A stretch of 64,000 bases of DNA from Candidatus Binataceae bacterium (GTDB lineage Bacteria > Desulfobacterota > Binatia > Binatales > Binataceae). A program made the translations under genes and the position numbers. Below, in pieces: positions 46,599-55,858 of this stretch; position 1 is the stretch's first letter, and each line of letters opens with the position of its first letter. The stretch covers positions 22,449-86,448 of the forward strand of contig DATKSQ010000143.1 in NCBI GenBank assembly GCA_035531615.1, written 5' to 3'. The notes under the pieces were generated by a model. It was not told where the DNA came from, ran no database searches, and was given only the letters and a program-made list of their open reading frames with translations.

Positions 46599-48827
46599 TC
46601 AGGAGCCGGCGGCGGACAGCGGAAGCTCGCCGAGCGCGCGCGCCTGTTCGTCGAGCAGCGCAAGGAGGGTGGCTTTTTTGATGGGCTTGGTCAGATGCCC
46701 GTCGCAGCCCGCCGCGAGCGATTTCTCGGCGTCGTCGCGAAGGGCGAACGCGGTAAGCGCATATATGGGAGTGCGCGGACGTCCGGCGACGCGCTCGAAG
46801 TCGCGTATCTCGCGTGCCGCGCAGTAGCCGTCCATCACCGGCATCTGCACGTCCATCAGGATCAGGTCGTAGCTGCCGGCGCGGAATTTTTCGACCGCCG
46901 CCGCGCCGTCGTCCGCCGTCTCGAGCAGGTGGCGGGTCTTTGCCAGATAGGCGCGAATCAGCGCTCGATTATCTTCGGCGTCTTCAGCCAGAAGAATCCT
47001 GAGCGAGCGCCACTGGATGGCGTCGCCCGATGAGCGCGTAGGCGGACGCGGTTCGGGTTGCGAGGACGAACTCCCGGTCGCTATCGGCACCACGAAACGA
47101 AACGTGCTTCCGACTCCGATTTCGCTTTGCACCTCGATCGTACCGCCCATGAGCTGAACCAGCCGGTTCGCGATCGCCAGCCCAAGGCCGGTGCCGCCAT
47201 ACTTGCGGGTGGTTGAGGAATCGACCTGGGTGAATTCGTCGAAGATTTCGCGCAGGCGGTCAGCCGGGATTCCAATTCCGGTATCGGCGACCGAGAAGTG
47301 GATTGCGCTCGCGCCGCCGGCAAGCTGCCCGGCATGGACGCGCACGGAAACCGAGCCATGCTCGGTGAACTTGATCGCATTGCCAACGATATTGAACAGG
47401 AGCTGGCGCAGGCGCAGCGCGTCACCGGTCGCGATGGCGGGCAGCGCGGGATCGATTTCGCAGATTAGCGCGATAGCCTTCTCTCGCGCGCGAACCGCAA
47501 GCGCGTCGATCGCTCCGGCGACCGTCTCGCGCAGGTCGAAGTCCGCCACTTCGAGCGTCAGGCGTCCGGCTTCGACTTTGGACAGGTCAAGGATATCGTC
47601 GATCAGCCGGAGCATCGAGTTGCCGGTGGTGCGGAAGATGCGCACGTATTCGCGCTGCTCGGCGCTCAAGCGGGATTCCCAGAGCAGGTCGGCCATGCCC
47701 AGCATCGCGTTCATCGGGGTGCGGATTTCATGGCTCATCCCAGCCAGGAACGCTGATTTGGCGCGGGTCGCCGCCTGCGCAGCCTCGCTGGCGGCGACGA
47801 TTTGCGCCTCGGCGGTTTTGAGAGCCGCGATATCCCGCATGATCGCGAGCACGCAAACTTCGCCCCCCAGCTCGAGGATCGACGCGGAAACGAGGGTCGG
47901 TGAGACCGCGCCGGCGCGGTTGCGAAATCGCAGCTCGACGTTGTGAGCCTTGCCGCTCCCGGCCAGGTCGCGGCCGAGAATCGAGAGCTCGTCGGCTGAC
48001 GCGAACATCCCGAGCTCGATGGGATCGCGGCCGAGCACCTCGGTGCGTGAGTATCCCGACGTGCGCAGAAAGGCGTCGTTCACATCAATGAATTTCATGT
48101 CCGCCAGGCGCTGAATCGAGATCGGATCGAGGCTGTGGCGGAATACGCTTTCGAATTTGGCGGCGCTTTCATGCAACTTGCGCTCGAAGCCGCGGCGCTC
48201 GCGGCGGACCCGCTCGGCGAACACCGTGCTGGCCTGCGCGATGGCGATTGCGCCCGCCAGTACCGCCCAGAAATGCGCATCGACATCGCCGCCCGGCGCC
48301 GCCAGCACGGTGACTGCGAAGGTCCCTGCGCACATCGCATTCATCGCTCCCTGCCACCATCCGTTCCACGGCAACAGCGCGGAGCTTCCGACCGCGATCA
48401 CGATCACGGCGAACAGTTGGGTGAGCGGAGCGTGGATGAGCAGGCCCGAGTAAGCGCCGTTGATGGCGATGAAGCTGCATCCGGCCAGCGCGGCCTGCCG
48501 CCAGTAGCGGATCAGGCGCGGATGCAGCATTGCGGCCGCGCACAAGCCCATCACGGTGATATTGGCGATATGGCGCAGCACGAACGAAAGCACCAGCGCG
48601 GGCGGCAACGCGATGTCGCCGCGGATATAGACGAATTGAACCGCGAGCAGGATCAGCGAGCCCGCGGCGACGCGGCGCGCGCCCTCGCGATCATCGGAAA
48701 CTGTCCTGACACGATTGGTCTCGTGCCCGCGTGCGGTCTGTCGCGCGCGCGCAACTTCCTGCGCGGGATCGGGAGCGGCAGCGGTGGGGAGGTCTCCGTC
48801 TGCGATGATTTCGTGGTCGGTGGGCAT
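46599..48827 (-). CDS. Hybrid sensor histidine kinase / response regulator
   Basis: N-terminal multi-TM region, PAS domain, HisKA (SHEIRTPMNAMLGMADLL), HATPase (GTGLGLAI), and a C-terminal receiver (ILLAEDAEDNR...LILMDVQMPVMDG). Confidence 0.92.
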   Translation of the reverse strand: MPTDHEIIADGDLPTAAAPDPAQEVARARQTARGHETNRVRTVSDDREGARRVAAGSLILLAVQFVYIRGDIALPPALVLSFVLRHIANITVMGLCAAAMLHPRLIRYWRQAALAGCSFIAINGAYSGLLIHAPLTQLFAVIVIAVGSSALLPWNGWWQGAMNAMCAGTFAVTVLAAPGGDVDAHFWAVLAGAIAIAQASTVFAERVRRERRGFERKLHESAAKFESVFRHSLDPISIQRLADMKFIDVNDAFLRTSGYSRTEVLGRDPIELGMFASADELSILGRDLAGSGKAHNVELRFRNRAGAVSPTLVSASILELGGEVCVLAIMRDIAALKTAEAQIVAASEAAQAATRAKSAFLAGMSHEIRTPMNAMLGMADLLWESRLSAEQREYVRIFRTTGNSMLRLIDDILDLSKVEAGRLTLEVADFDLRETVAGAIDALAVRAREKAIALICEIDPALPAIATGDALRLRQLLFNIVGNAIKFTEHGSVSVRVHAGQLAGGASAIHFSVADTGIGIPADRLREIFDEFTQVDSSTTRKYGGTGLGLAIANRLVQLMGGTIEVQSEIGVGSTFRFVVPIATGSSSSQPEPRPPTRSSGDAIQWRSLRILLAEDAEDNRALIRAYLAKTRHLLETADDGAAAVEKFRAGSYDLILMDVQMPVMDGYCAAREIRDFERVAGRPRTPIYALTAFALRDDAEKSLAAGCDGHLTKPIKKATLLALLDEQARALGELPLSAAGS

Positions 48828-48885
48828 TGTGGTCTCGTCAGAGAAGCAACAGCCATGCCATCGCGATCAAGCTCGCGCCCTTCGC

Positions 48886-49263
48886 TCAATCGCCCTCGAT
48901 ATAGGTCGGGAACCTGTGAGTATCCGCGCTCTGTTCCGAGCCGATCGTAATCCCCAGGGAAAACTCCCGGCCGTCGCGATGCAGCATCACCAGGTCGAGT
49001 TTCCGGTTGAGCAGCGCTCCGCGTCCTTTGGCCGACATGAAGTGCTTCAATCCTGCCTCATGAACCGCGCGATTGCGCTCGGGGATGATCAAGTCGGAGA
49101 GCCTGCGGCCGACCGCTTCGTTCCGCAGCCATCCGAACATCGCTTCCGCCTCGCTGTTCCATTGCACCACAATTCCGGCGCCATCCATCACGAATGCGGG
49201 CGTGCGCGCCGCCGTGGCGTTGCAAGCCTGCGAATCTGAACGATTGTTCATCTGCTCACTCAT
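48886..49263 (-). CDS. Stand-alone PAS-domain protein
   Basis: VMDGAGIVVQWNSEAEAMFGWLRNEAVGRRLSDLIIPE...HRDGREF is a PAS S-box pattern. Confidence 0.8.
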   Translation of the reverse strand: MSEQMNNRSDSQACNATAARTPAFVMDGAGIVVQWNSEAEAMFGWLRNEAVGRRLSDLIIPERNRAVHEAGLKHFMSAKGRGALLNRKLDLVMLHRDGREFSLGITIGSEQSADTHRFPTYIEGD

Positions 49264-49546
49264 TTATAGTGATCACCGGGCAAAATCATGGCGCGAAACC
49301 CGATGGCGGGCAATCGGTCCGAAACGCCGCAGGCGGGACCGATCGCGATCGGGCGGTGATTGAAACGTCAACCGTGCGGGTACGTCTAATCGATTAAGAG
49401 ACGCGCCGTCGCGCTATCCGTGATTGCCTGTTGTGCGACGCACGGTCTCATAGGAAGATCACTGGCGACGATGGGCTGCGACGCACGAGGAATGTTGACG
49501 CAGCCAGCTTGAGGTTCGCGGCCAAAAGCCGCAGGGCGCGATAGCG

Positions 49547-50752
49547 ATGACGACCATAACCTGTTCCGCTCCACGCATGTGCCGGGCGCCGATGTACCGC
49601 GCAGCCGCCGCGCGTCGCGCGATCGCCGCCGTAGCCGGGGCGGTGCTGCTGTGCGCCTCGGCAGGGATGGCGAGCGCCCAGCAGATGCTCGCGCAAGCCG
49701 CGCAGATGGTCATTCCGCAGAGCCAGGGTGGAGGGGGATCGACGCTGGTGCTGCCCACCACGCCCAAGCAGTCGGGAGCGATGCTCAACCTTCCGCCCGC
49801 GCTGCCCGGTCCCCAACAGGGGCAGGAGCTGACGCTGCCGACCCGCGAGTTGCGCGAGCAGCCGGGCTACGAGCAGGTTACAGTGACGGTCACCGACCCC
49901 CGCGGCACTTACGTGACGGGGCTGCAGAAAGACGATTTCAAGCTGAGTCTCGACCATCATCCGCAACCGATTCAGTTCTTCCGGCAGGACACGAACACCC
50001 CCGTCTCGGTCGGAATCGTGGTGGATACTTCGGGGAGCATGCAGCCCAAGCTCCCGCAGGCGCGGATCGCAATCTCGCAGTTCCTGCGCGATCTGAATGA
50101 TCGCGACGATGTTTTCCTGTTCGCCTTTTCCGACCGGCCGTATCTGCTGCAGCCGTTCACGATGAACCATTTGCTGGTGATGCAGAAGCTCGGACTGCTG
50201 CGCGCCAACGGCGAGACTGCGCTGTTCGATACAATCCTGCGCGGGCTGCGGATGGTCGAGCACGGGCGCTACGACAAGAAGGCGCTGCTGGTCGTCACCG
50301 ACGGGATGGACAACCAGAGCCGCGCCACGGTCGCCGACGTGGTCAACGAGGCGCGCCGCCTGGGCGTGCTGGTGTACTCGATCGGAATCGGCGACCCGAA
50401 CGCTTCCTCTGGCGCGGCCTCGCTGGCGATCGGGCCATTTGTGTTCGGCGGCACCGGATTCGATCGGGTCGATGCGTCCACGCTGACTCAGCTTTCATCC
50501 GAGACCGGCGCGCGCACCTATATTATCCATCAGGTGGGTGATGGCGCCCAGTTACGCGCGGCGTGCGCTCAGATCAGTCTCGAACTGCGCGAGCAGTACA
50601 CGATAGGATTCGTCGCGCCCGACGCGTCCGCCGGCGGGTATCGCAGCATTCATGTTGACATTCCGACCCATCCAGAGGTCGCGGTGCGGGTGCGCAAGGG
50701 TATCGAGGTTGGCGGTCCCAGCGCGTACGCGTCGGGCCCGGGACTTCCCTGA
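49547..50752 (+). CDS. Secreted VWA-domain protein (acidobacterial-type VWFA-related N-terminal domain)
   Basis: Signal peptide; VTVTVTDPRGTYVTGLQKDDFKL...FFRQD; MIDAS-like VVDTSGSM and VVTDGMDNQS. Confidence 0.8.
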   Translation: MTTITCSAPRMCRAPMYRAAAARRAIAAVAGAVLLCASAGMASAQQMLAQAAQMVIPQSQGGGGSTLVLPTTPKQSGAMLNLPPALPGPQQGQELTLPTRELREQPGYEQVTVTVTDPRGTYVTGLQKDDFKLSLDHHPQPIQFFRQDTNTPVSVGIVVDTSGSMQPKLPQARIAISQFLRDLNDRDDVFLFAFSDRPYLLQPFTMNHLLVMQKLGLLRANGETALFDTILRGLRMVEHGRYDKKALLVVTDGMDNQSRATVADVVNEARRLGVLVYSIGIGDPNASSGAASLAIGPFVFGGTGFDRVDASTLTQLSSETGARTYIIHQVGDGAQLRAACAQISLELREQYTIGFVAPDASAGGYRSIHVDIPTHPEVAVRVRKGIEVGGPSAYASGPGLP

Positions 50753-50794
50753 CTGGCGGTACGATCGAGGGGCGCGAATCCCGCCGCCGAGCGC

Positions 50795-51490
50795 TCAGGC
50801 GCGAGCCTTGGCGACAAACGGCGCGACGAATGCGCGCGCGGGATCGGGCAGCAGGTTGAGGAACTTGATCTCCGCGAAATCCCCCGCGAGCTGGAGCCCG
50901 GAAAATGTCGCGTTATCGATCCGCAAGCGGCGGAACTGTTCGAGACCCAGCCCCATGAAATGGCTCAGCACGGTGCGGATGATGTCGCCGTGCGAGACGA
51001 ACAGGATTCGTTTGCCGGGCGCGGCGGCGACGGCGCGGACCACAGCCTCGACTCCGCGCGCCTGCACCTGCAAGATCGTCTCGCCGCCGGGAGTGGGGCT
51101 GTCCAGCGGATGCTCGCGATAGCTCAAGTAGCCCGGATCCTTGACCAAATCGTCAAAGATCATCCCCTCCCAGCGGCCATAAAGCACCTCGGCCAGTTGC
51201 GGATCTTCAGAAACACCGGCGGCGCCGATTCCGCTTGCGATAATCTCCGCCGATTGGCGTGCGCGCGGCTGCGGACTGCTGACGATTAGATCGATCGCGA
51301 GCGCGCGCGCAAACGGCACCGCGCGCTCGACCTGTGCGCGCCCTTGCGCGTCGAGTTCGATCGGGTTGCGCCCCATCACGCGCCCCGCGCGGTTCCACGC
51401 GGTCTCGCCGTGGCGCATCAGGAGCACGACGCCGCGCAGTCCATCGGATTGCTTTAGTTTTTGTGCGACGTAGAAGGGTCCGAGCGCCAT
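50795..51490 (-). CDS. Histidine phosphatase (phosphoglycerate mutase-like) family protein
   Basis: LLMRHGETAWN (RHG catalytic motif) and VSHGDIIR. Confidence 0.85.
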   Translation of the reverse strand: MALGPFYVAQKLKQSDGLRGVVLLMRHGETAWNRAGRVMGRNPIELDAQGRAQVERAVPFARALAIDLIVSSPQPRARQSAEIIASGIGAAGVSEDPQLAEVLYGRWEGMIFDDLVKDPGYLSYREHPLDSPTPGGETILQVQARGVEAVVRAVAAAPGKRILFVSHGDIIRTVLSHFMGLGLEQFRRLRIDNATFSGLQLAGDFAEIKFLNLLPDPARAFVAPFVAKARA

Positions 51491-51574
51491 GGTGTGAGTC
51501 CCAAAAATAAGGCGGGCGCCGCCGATGGGCGCCCGCCGTTGGCTTGCGGTTTTGCGAGCATGCGAAGCGCGCGC

Positions 51575-52807
51575 TCAGCGCGCGGCGGCGCCTGCGGCGT
51601 GTGCGTCAGCGTGTGCCGGAGCGCCGTTGGCGCCCGCAACCGGCCCGAGTCCGCAGAACGCCTCGTAATCGATGAGGCCGGTCTGGGTCGGGTGCTCGCT
51701 GCACACCGGGCATTTTGGATCCTTGCGGATTTTCAAAATCCGCACGTAGTCGCGATCCGACAGCGCGTCGAAATACACCATCTTGCCGATCAGAGGACTT
51801 CCGGCCCCGAGCAGCAGCTTGATCGCCTCGAGCGCCTCGATCGATCCGATGAGTCCGGGCAGCGCGCCCAGCACTCCCGCCTCCGCGCACGAAGGCGCCA
51901 TGTCGGGCGGCGCGGGCTCGGGATAGAGGCATCGATAGCACGGACCGCCGTGGTCCGGATAGAAAACTGTCGCCTGGCCCTCGAAGCGGAAGATCGCGCC
52001 GTCCACCAGCGGCTTCTTCGCGAGCACGCACGCGTCGTTGATCAGGTAGCGGGTCGGGAAGTTGTCGCCGCAATTGACGACCACATCGTAGTCCTCGATG
52101 ATCTCCATCACGTTCTCTGACGTCAGACGAACGTCGTGGCGAATCACCTTGATGCCCGGGTTCATCGCCGCGATCTGCTTTTGCGCCGACTCGGTCTTGG
52201 GCATCCCGACCCGACCGACGGTATGAATGATCTGGCGCTGCAAGTTGGAAAGATCTACCACGTCGAAATCAACCAGCCCCAGCGTGCCGACTCCCGCCGC
52301 GGCCAGGTACAGCGCCACCGGAGAGCCGAGCGCGCCCGCGCCCAGGATCAACACCTTCGAGTCGAGCAGCTTGGCCTGACCCTTCTCGCCGACCTCAGGG
52401 ATCACGAAGTGACGCGAATAGCGCGTTAGCTCGTCTTGCGTGAACTGGCGGTCCGCCTCCCATGGCAGCCCGCGATCTTTCCACGCGTTGAAACCGCCGA
52501 CCAGATTGAAGACCTTTTCGTAACCCAACTCGCGCATCGCGCGCGAGGCGTAAGCCGACCGGGTACCGGAAGCGCACTGCATGATGACGGGAGTCTTGCG
52601 GTCGGGGACCTTCTCTTCGACGCGCAGTTCCAGAAATCCGCGCGGGATGCCGATTGCCTGCGGAATATGCCCTTGGCGCCATTCGTCGCTCTCGCGCACG
52701 TCGATAATCACGGCGCCGCCGTCGAGCATCCGGCGCGCTTCGTCGATATCTATCTGTTTAATCTCGGCGCGCGCTTCGTCGAGGATATTCTTTGAAGTCT
52801 TGGCCAT
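51575..52807 (-). CDS. N-terminal rhodanese fused to a ThiF/MoeB-type adenylyltransferase
   Basis: Rhodanese: IIDVRESDEWRQGHIP...MQCASGTRS. E1-like domain: RYSRHFVIPEVGEKGQAKL, ILGAGALGSPVALYLAAAGVG, DLSNLQRQ, CYRCLYP...CPVC. Confidence 0.9.
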   Translation of the reverse strand: MAKTSKNILDEARAEIKQIDIDEARRMLDGGAVIIDVRESDEWRQGHIPQAIGIPRGFLELRVEEKVPDRKTPVIMQCASGTRSAYASRAMRELGYEKVFNLVGGFNAWKDRGLPWEADRQFTQDELTRYSRHFVIPEVGEKGQAKLLDSKVLILGAGALGSPVALYLAAAGVGTLGLVDFDVVDLSNLQRQIIHTVGRVGMPKTESAQKQIAAMNPGIKVIRHDVRLTSENVMEIIEDYDVVVNCGDNFPTRYLINDACVLAKKPLVDGAIFRFEGQATVFYPDHGGPCYRCLYPEPAPPDMAPSCAEAGVLGALPGLIGSIEALEAIKLLLGAGSPLIGKMVYFDALSDRDYVRILKIRKDPKCPVCSEHPTQTGLIDYEAFCGLGPVAGANGAPAHADAHAAGAAAR

Positions 52808-52906
52808 ATGCTTTATCGCTCCGTTCGGGGCGCCAACTCATCCATCTATATATTCATAACCATCGCGAAGCACGCGCGCCGCTTCCGCGCGCGGCCGCCG
52901 CGCTTC

Positions 52907-53413
52907 TCAGCCGCCCAGCATCCGATGCGACTCGACCAGGGTGCGCACGAAATTAAGCACCGCCGCCGCATGCCCGCGCGGGGTAACCTTATGAAACGCG
53001 CGGCGGAGATGAAGATCGTGGTCGAGCACGAAGGTCGATCGCGCGGCGCGGCCGCCCGTCAGCACCCCGAACGCCTGCGCCAGGCGTCCCTCCGGATCAG
53101 ACAGGAGGATGAACGGGAACGCGTGCTTGTCGGCGAAGACGCGATGGCGCTCGACCGAGTCCGTGCTGGCGCCGATTATCACCGCGTCGAGCGCCTCGAA
53201 CTGGCCGTGCAGCTCGCGGAATTCCTTGCCCTCGACGGTGCATCCGGGCGTGTCATCCATCGGATAAAAATACAGCACCAGGTTGCGGCCGCGAAAATCG
53301 GTGAGCCGGCGCGGCTCGCCGCCGGCGTCGCGCAATTCGAGCGCGAGCGCCGCCGCCAGGTCGGGCGCGGTCCGCGCGGCGCGCTCCTCAGGCATGAGCG
53401 GCGGCCTCGGCAA
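52907..53413 (-). CDS. bcp: Thiol peroxidase Bcp (peroxiredoxin)
   Basis: FRGRNLVLYFYPMDDTPGCTVEGKEF. The start may be Met 53395, which would overlap the thiC stop by 8 nt. Confidence 0.9.
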   Translation of the reverse strand: MPRPPLMPEERAARTAPDLAAALALELRDAGGEPRRLTDFRGRNLVLYFYPMDDTPGCTVEGKEFRELHGQFEALDAVIIGASTDSVERHRVFADKHAFPFILLSDPEGRLAQAFGVLTGGRAARSTFVLDHDLHLRRAFHKVTPRGHAAAVLNFVRTLVESHRMLGG

Positions 53414-54692
53414 CCGCGCGGCGCTTGGTGAACTTGATGGCGGCGTTGTCGATATTGACCGAGCACAGCGACCCGCACATCGAGCACACGTTTGAGCCCG
53501 ACGCTTCGCTTTCCTCTTTGTAGCGGCGCGCCTTGTCCGGATCCATCGCCATCGCGTACATCCCTTCCCAGTTGAGGCCCTTGCGGTAGCGCGACATCTG
53601 GTCGTTCCAGACTTTGGCGGCGCGGACGCCCTTGACGAGATCGCCGGAATGCGCGGCGATTCGGGTCGCGATCACGCCATCGCGCACGTCGTCGATATCG
53701 GGCAGCCGCAGATGCTCGGCCGGGGTCACGTAGCACAGAAAGTCGGTGCCGGCGGCTGACGCGATCGCGCCCCCGATCGCGCCGGTGATGTGATCGTAGC
53801 CGGGCGCCACGTCGCAGGTCAGGGGCCCCAGCACGTAGAACGGCGCTCCGCCGCAGATCCGCTTCTCGAGCTTCACGTTCGCCTCGATCTGGTCGAGCGG
53901 AACATGTCCCGGCCCCTCGATCATCACCTGCACGCCCTGCGCGCGCGCGCGCTCGGTCAGTTCCCCAAGCACCAGCAACTCGGCAAGCTGGCCGCGGTCG
54001 GTCGCGTCGCCGGTCGCGCCGGGGCGCAGTCCGTCGCCGAGCGAGATCGTAACGTCATGCTCGCGCAGGATCGCGCAGACTTCATCGTAGTGCTCGTAGA
54101 GCGGATTCTCGTTGCCGGTGCGCTCGATCCATGCCGCCAGCAGCGCTCCGCCGCGCGAGACGATTCCTTCGATTCGCTGATGCCCGCGCAGCCGGGCGAC
54201 CGACTCGCGCGTCACTCCGCAATGCAAAGTCATATAATCGACGCCCTGGCGCGCCTGGCGCTCGATCACCTCGAGAAAATTTTCGGCCTCGAGATCCATG
54301 ATCGAATGCTCGGAGGCGACCTGGTAGATCGGCACGGTGCCCAAGATCACCTGGCATCGCGACAGAATCTCGCCGCGAATCTTGTCCAGGTCGGTCCCGG
54401 TCGAAAGATCCATCACCGAGTCGGCGCCGTAACGCACCGCGGTGTAGAGCTTCTCGACCTCTTCTTCGATCAGTTGATGGAAATTCGAGGCGCCGATATT
54501 GGCGTTGACCTTGGTGCGCAGCCGCTTGCCGATTCCGATCGCGCGGAACTGATGATGCGCGTTGTGCGGAATCACCACCTCGCCAGAGGCGACCAGCGCG
54601 CGAACTTCCTCGGGCGCTAGACCCTCATCCTCGGCGACCTCGGCGATTTCACGGGTGATGATGGCTTTGCGCGCGGATTCAATTTGAGTCAT
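53388..54692 (-). CDS. thiC: Phosphomethylpyrimidine synthase ThiC
   Basis: The ATG at 54692 follows a GGAGG RBS. The sequence is highly conserved throughout, with the C-terminal cluster motif CSMCGSLCS. Confidence 0.96.
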   Translation of the reverse strand: MTQIESARKAIITREIAEVAEDEGLAPEEVRALVASGEVVIPHNAHHQFRAIGIGKRLRTKVNANIGASNFHQLIEEEVEKLYTAVRYGADSVMDLSTGTDLDKIRGEILSRCQVILGTVPIYQVASEHSIMDLEAENFLEVIERQARQGVDYMTLHCGVTRESVARLRGHQRIEGIVSRGGALLAAWIERTGNENPLYEHYDEVCAILREHDVTISLGDGLRPGATGDATDRGQLAELLVLGELTERARAQGVQVMIEGPGHVPLDQIEANVKLEKRICGGAPFYVLGPLTCDVAPGYDHITGAIGGAIASAAGTDFLCYVTPAEHLRLPDIDDVRDGVIATRIAAHSGDLVKGVRAAKVWNDQMSRYRKGLNWEGMYAMAMDPDKARRYKEESEASGSNVCSMCGSLCSVNIDNAAIKFTKRRAVAEAAAHA

Positions 54693-54741
54693 CTCGATAA
54701 CCTCCGCGGACGCACGCGGCGCCCGCAGCAAAAGACCGGAC

Positions 54742-54987
54742 CTAATCTTCTCCGTAATCGATGCCGTGCTTCTCGCACAGCGCGCGCAACTCGCGGATCA
54801 TCCGCTCGGAGCGCGCCAGATGCGCGATCGCGATAAAGTTCGCCAGTGACACGAAGAACATCGCAGCCGTCGCCCAGTACATGTGCGACAGCGCGCTGCC
54901 GCCATGGATTACCCGCACCCCGTAGCCATATGCGACGAACAGAATCGCAAGGCCGATTATCGTAAGCGCGATTGTAACGCGGGTCAT
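54742..54987 (-). CDS. Hypothetical small membrane protein (81 aa, 2 predicted TM helices)
   Basis: TIALTIIGLAILFVAYGY and YWATAAMFFVSLANFIAIAHL. It lies between the nuoI-like gene and thiC on the same strand. Confidence 0.55.
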   Translation of the reverse strand: MTRVTIALTIIGLAILFVAYGYGVRVIHGGSALSHMYWATAAMFFVSLANFIAIAHLARSERMIRELRALCEKHGIDYGED

Positions 54988-55009
54988 GGCAACCTGGGCG
55001 CGGCGGGCG

Positions 55010-55714
55010 TTAGCCGCGGCCGCGTGCGCCGTGCCGATCGATCGCCGGCAGGCTGGCCGCCTCGGCCGGCTCTTCGTATTCCCTGCTCAATCCACGCTCG
55101 GTGTATTTGCGCAACTCCGGACGCAGCGGATCATACACCCGCGCGTCCTGCTCGCGGTACCACGCCAGCATCTCGTTCATATTCCCGTCGCGCCCATCCT
55201 TGGCGATGACGCGCGAGCGATGCATCAGCATCTCCTTGGTCTCGACGAAATCCTTGCGGTCGAAGCCCCAGATGCGCGGATGCACGTAGGTGTCCATCCG
55301 GATCGCGTCGCATGGGCACGCCTCGACGCACAGCCCACAATAGATGCATCGCAGCGTATCGATCTCGTAGCGTACCGGGAATTTCTCGATATGCGGATCG
55401 TCGGCCGCGCCGGCCTCGATATAAATGCATTGCGCGGGGCACGCGGTCGCGCACAGGAAGCACGCGGTGCAGCGCACGGAATCGTCCTCGCGGATGGTCA
55501 GGCGATGGCTGCCGCGAAAGTTGTCCTCGTAGCGTTTGCGTTCTTCGGGATACTGGGTGGTGGTGGAGGCGCGGCGCGCCTTGGCGAAGCCGAACAGATG
55601 GGCGACGTTGAGCGCGAAATTGCGCATGAAATGATAGTTGGTGATCGCGAGACCCTTTAGAATTTCCGGCAGGTACAGACGCTCGATAAAGGTCATTTCC
55701 TCGTGTCGTTTCAT
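55010..55714 (-). CDS. nuoI: NuoI-type 2x[4Fe-4S] ferredoxin subunit, isolated from any nuo operon in this window
   Basis: CTACFLCATACP and CIYCGLCVEACP motifs; NuoI-like N-terminus ERLYLPEILKGLAITNYHF; C-terminal ~70-aa extension. Confidence 0.85.
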   Translation of the reverse strand: MKRHEEMTFIERLYLPEILKGLAITNYHFMRNFALNVAHLFGFAKARRASTTTQYPEERKRYEDNFRGSHRLTIREDDSVRCTACFLCATACPAQCIYIEAGAADDPHIEKFPVRYEIDTLRCIYCGLCVEACPCDAIRMDTYVHPRIWGFDRKDFVETKEMLMHRSRVIAKDGRDGNMNEMLAWYREQDARVYDPLRPELRKYTERGLSREYEEPAEAASLPAIDRHGARGRG

Positions 55715-55800
55715 TTTACAACCAGCACGAATTCCCTTGCCAGAATTGAAGAATGTCGCTCACCGCGCCCGCATCTCGCGAGCTTGAAACCCGGATCGCA

Positions 55801-55830
55801 ACTATAAGGGCCGCAAGCTTTTGTAGTCAA
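55801..55830 (-). promoter_or_regulatory. Candidate sigma-70 promoter for the nuoI-like/thiC gene run
   Basis: Minus strand: TTGACT (55830-55825), 18-nt spacer, TATAGT (55806-55801), ~90 nt upstream of the ATG at 55714. Confidence 0.4.
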
Positions 55831-55858
55831 GTTAATCGGCCCGCCGCCGCGCCCCGCG

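Noticed and set aside
54693-55858. TPP riboswitch expected upstream of thiC
   Set aside because: I looked on the minus strand for the CUGAGA / ACCCU...GAUCUGGAUAAUGCCAGCG core and found none. The absence is reported as a finding instead.
55715-55858. Duplicated 3' end of the proline iminopeptidase gene flanking the brnTA cassette, looked for by analogy with the two PIN cassettes (also checked around mazEF and DUF433)
   Set aside because: Manual comparison of the flanks showed no similarity beyond GC-rich background, so the duplicated-end pattern is claimed only for the two PIN cassettes.
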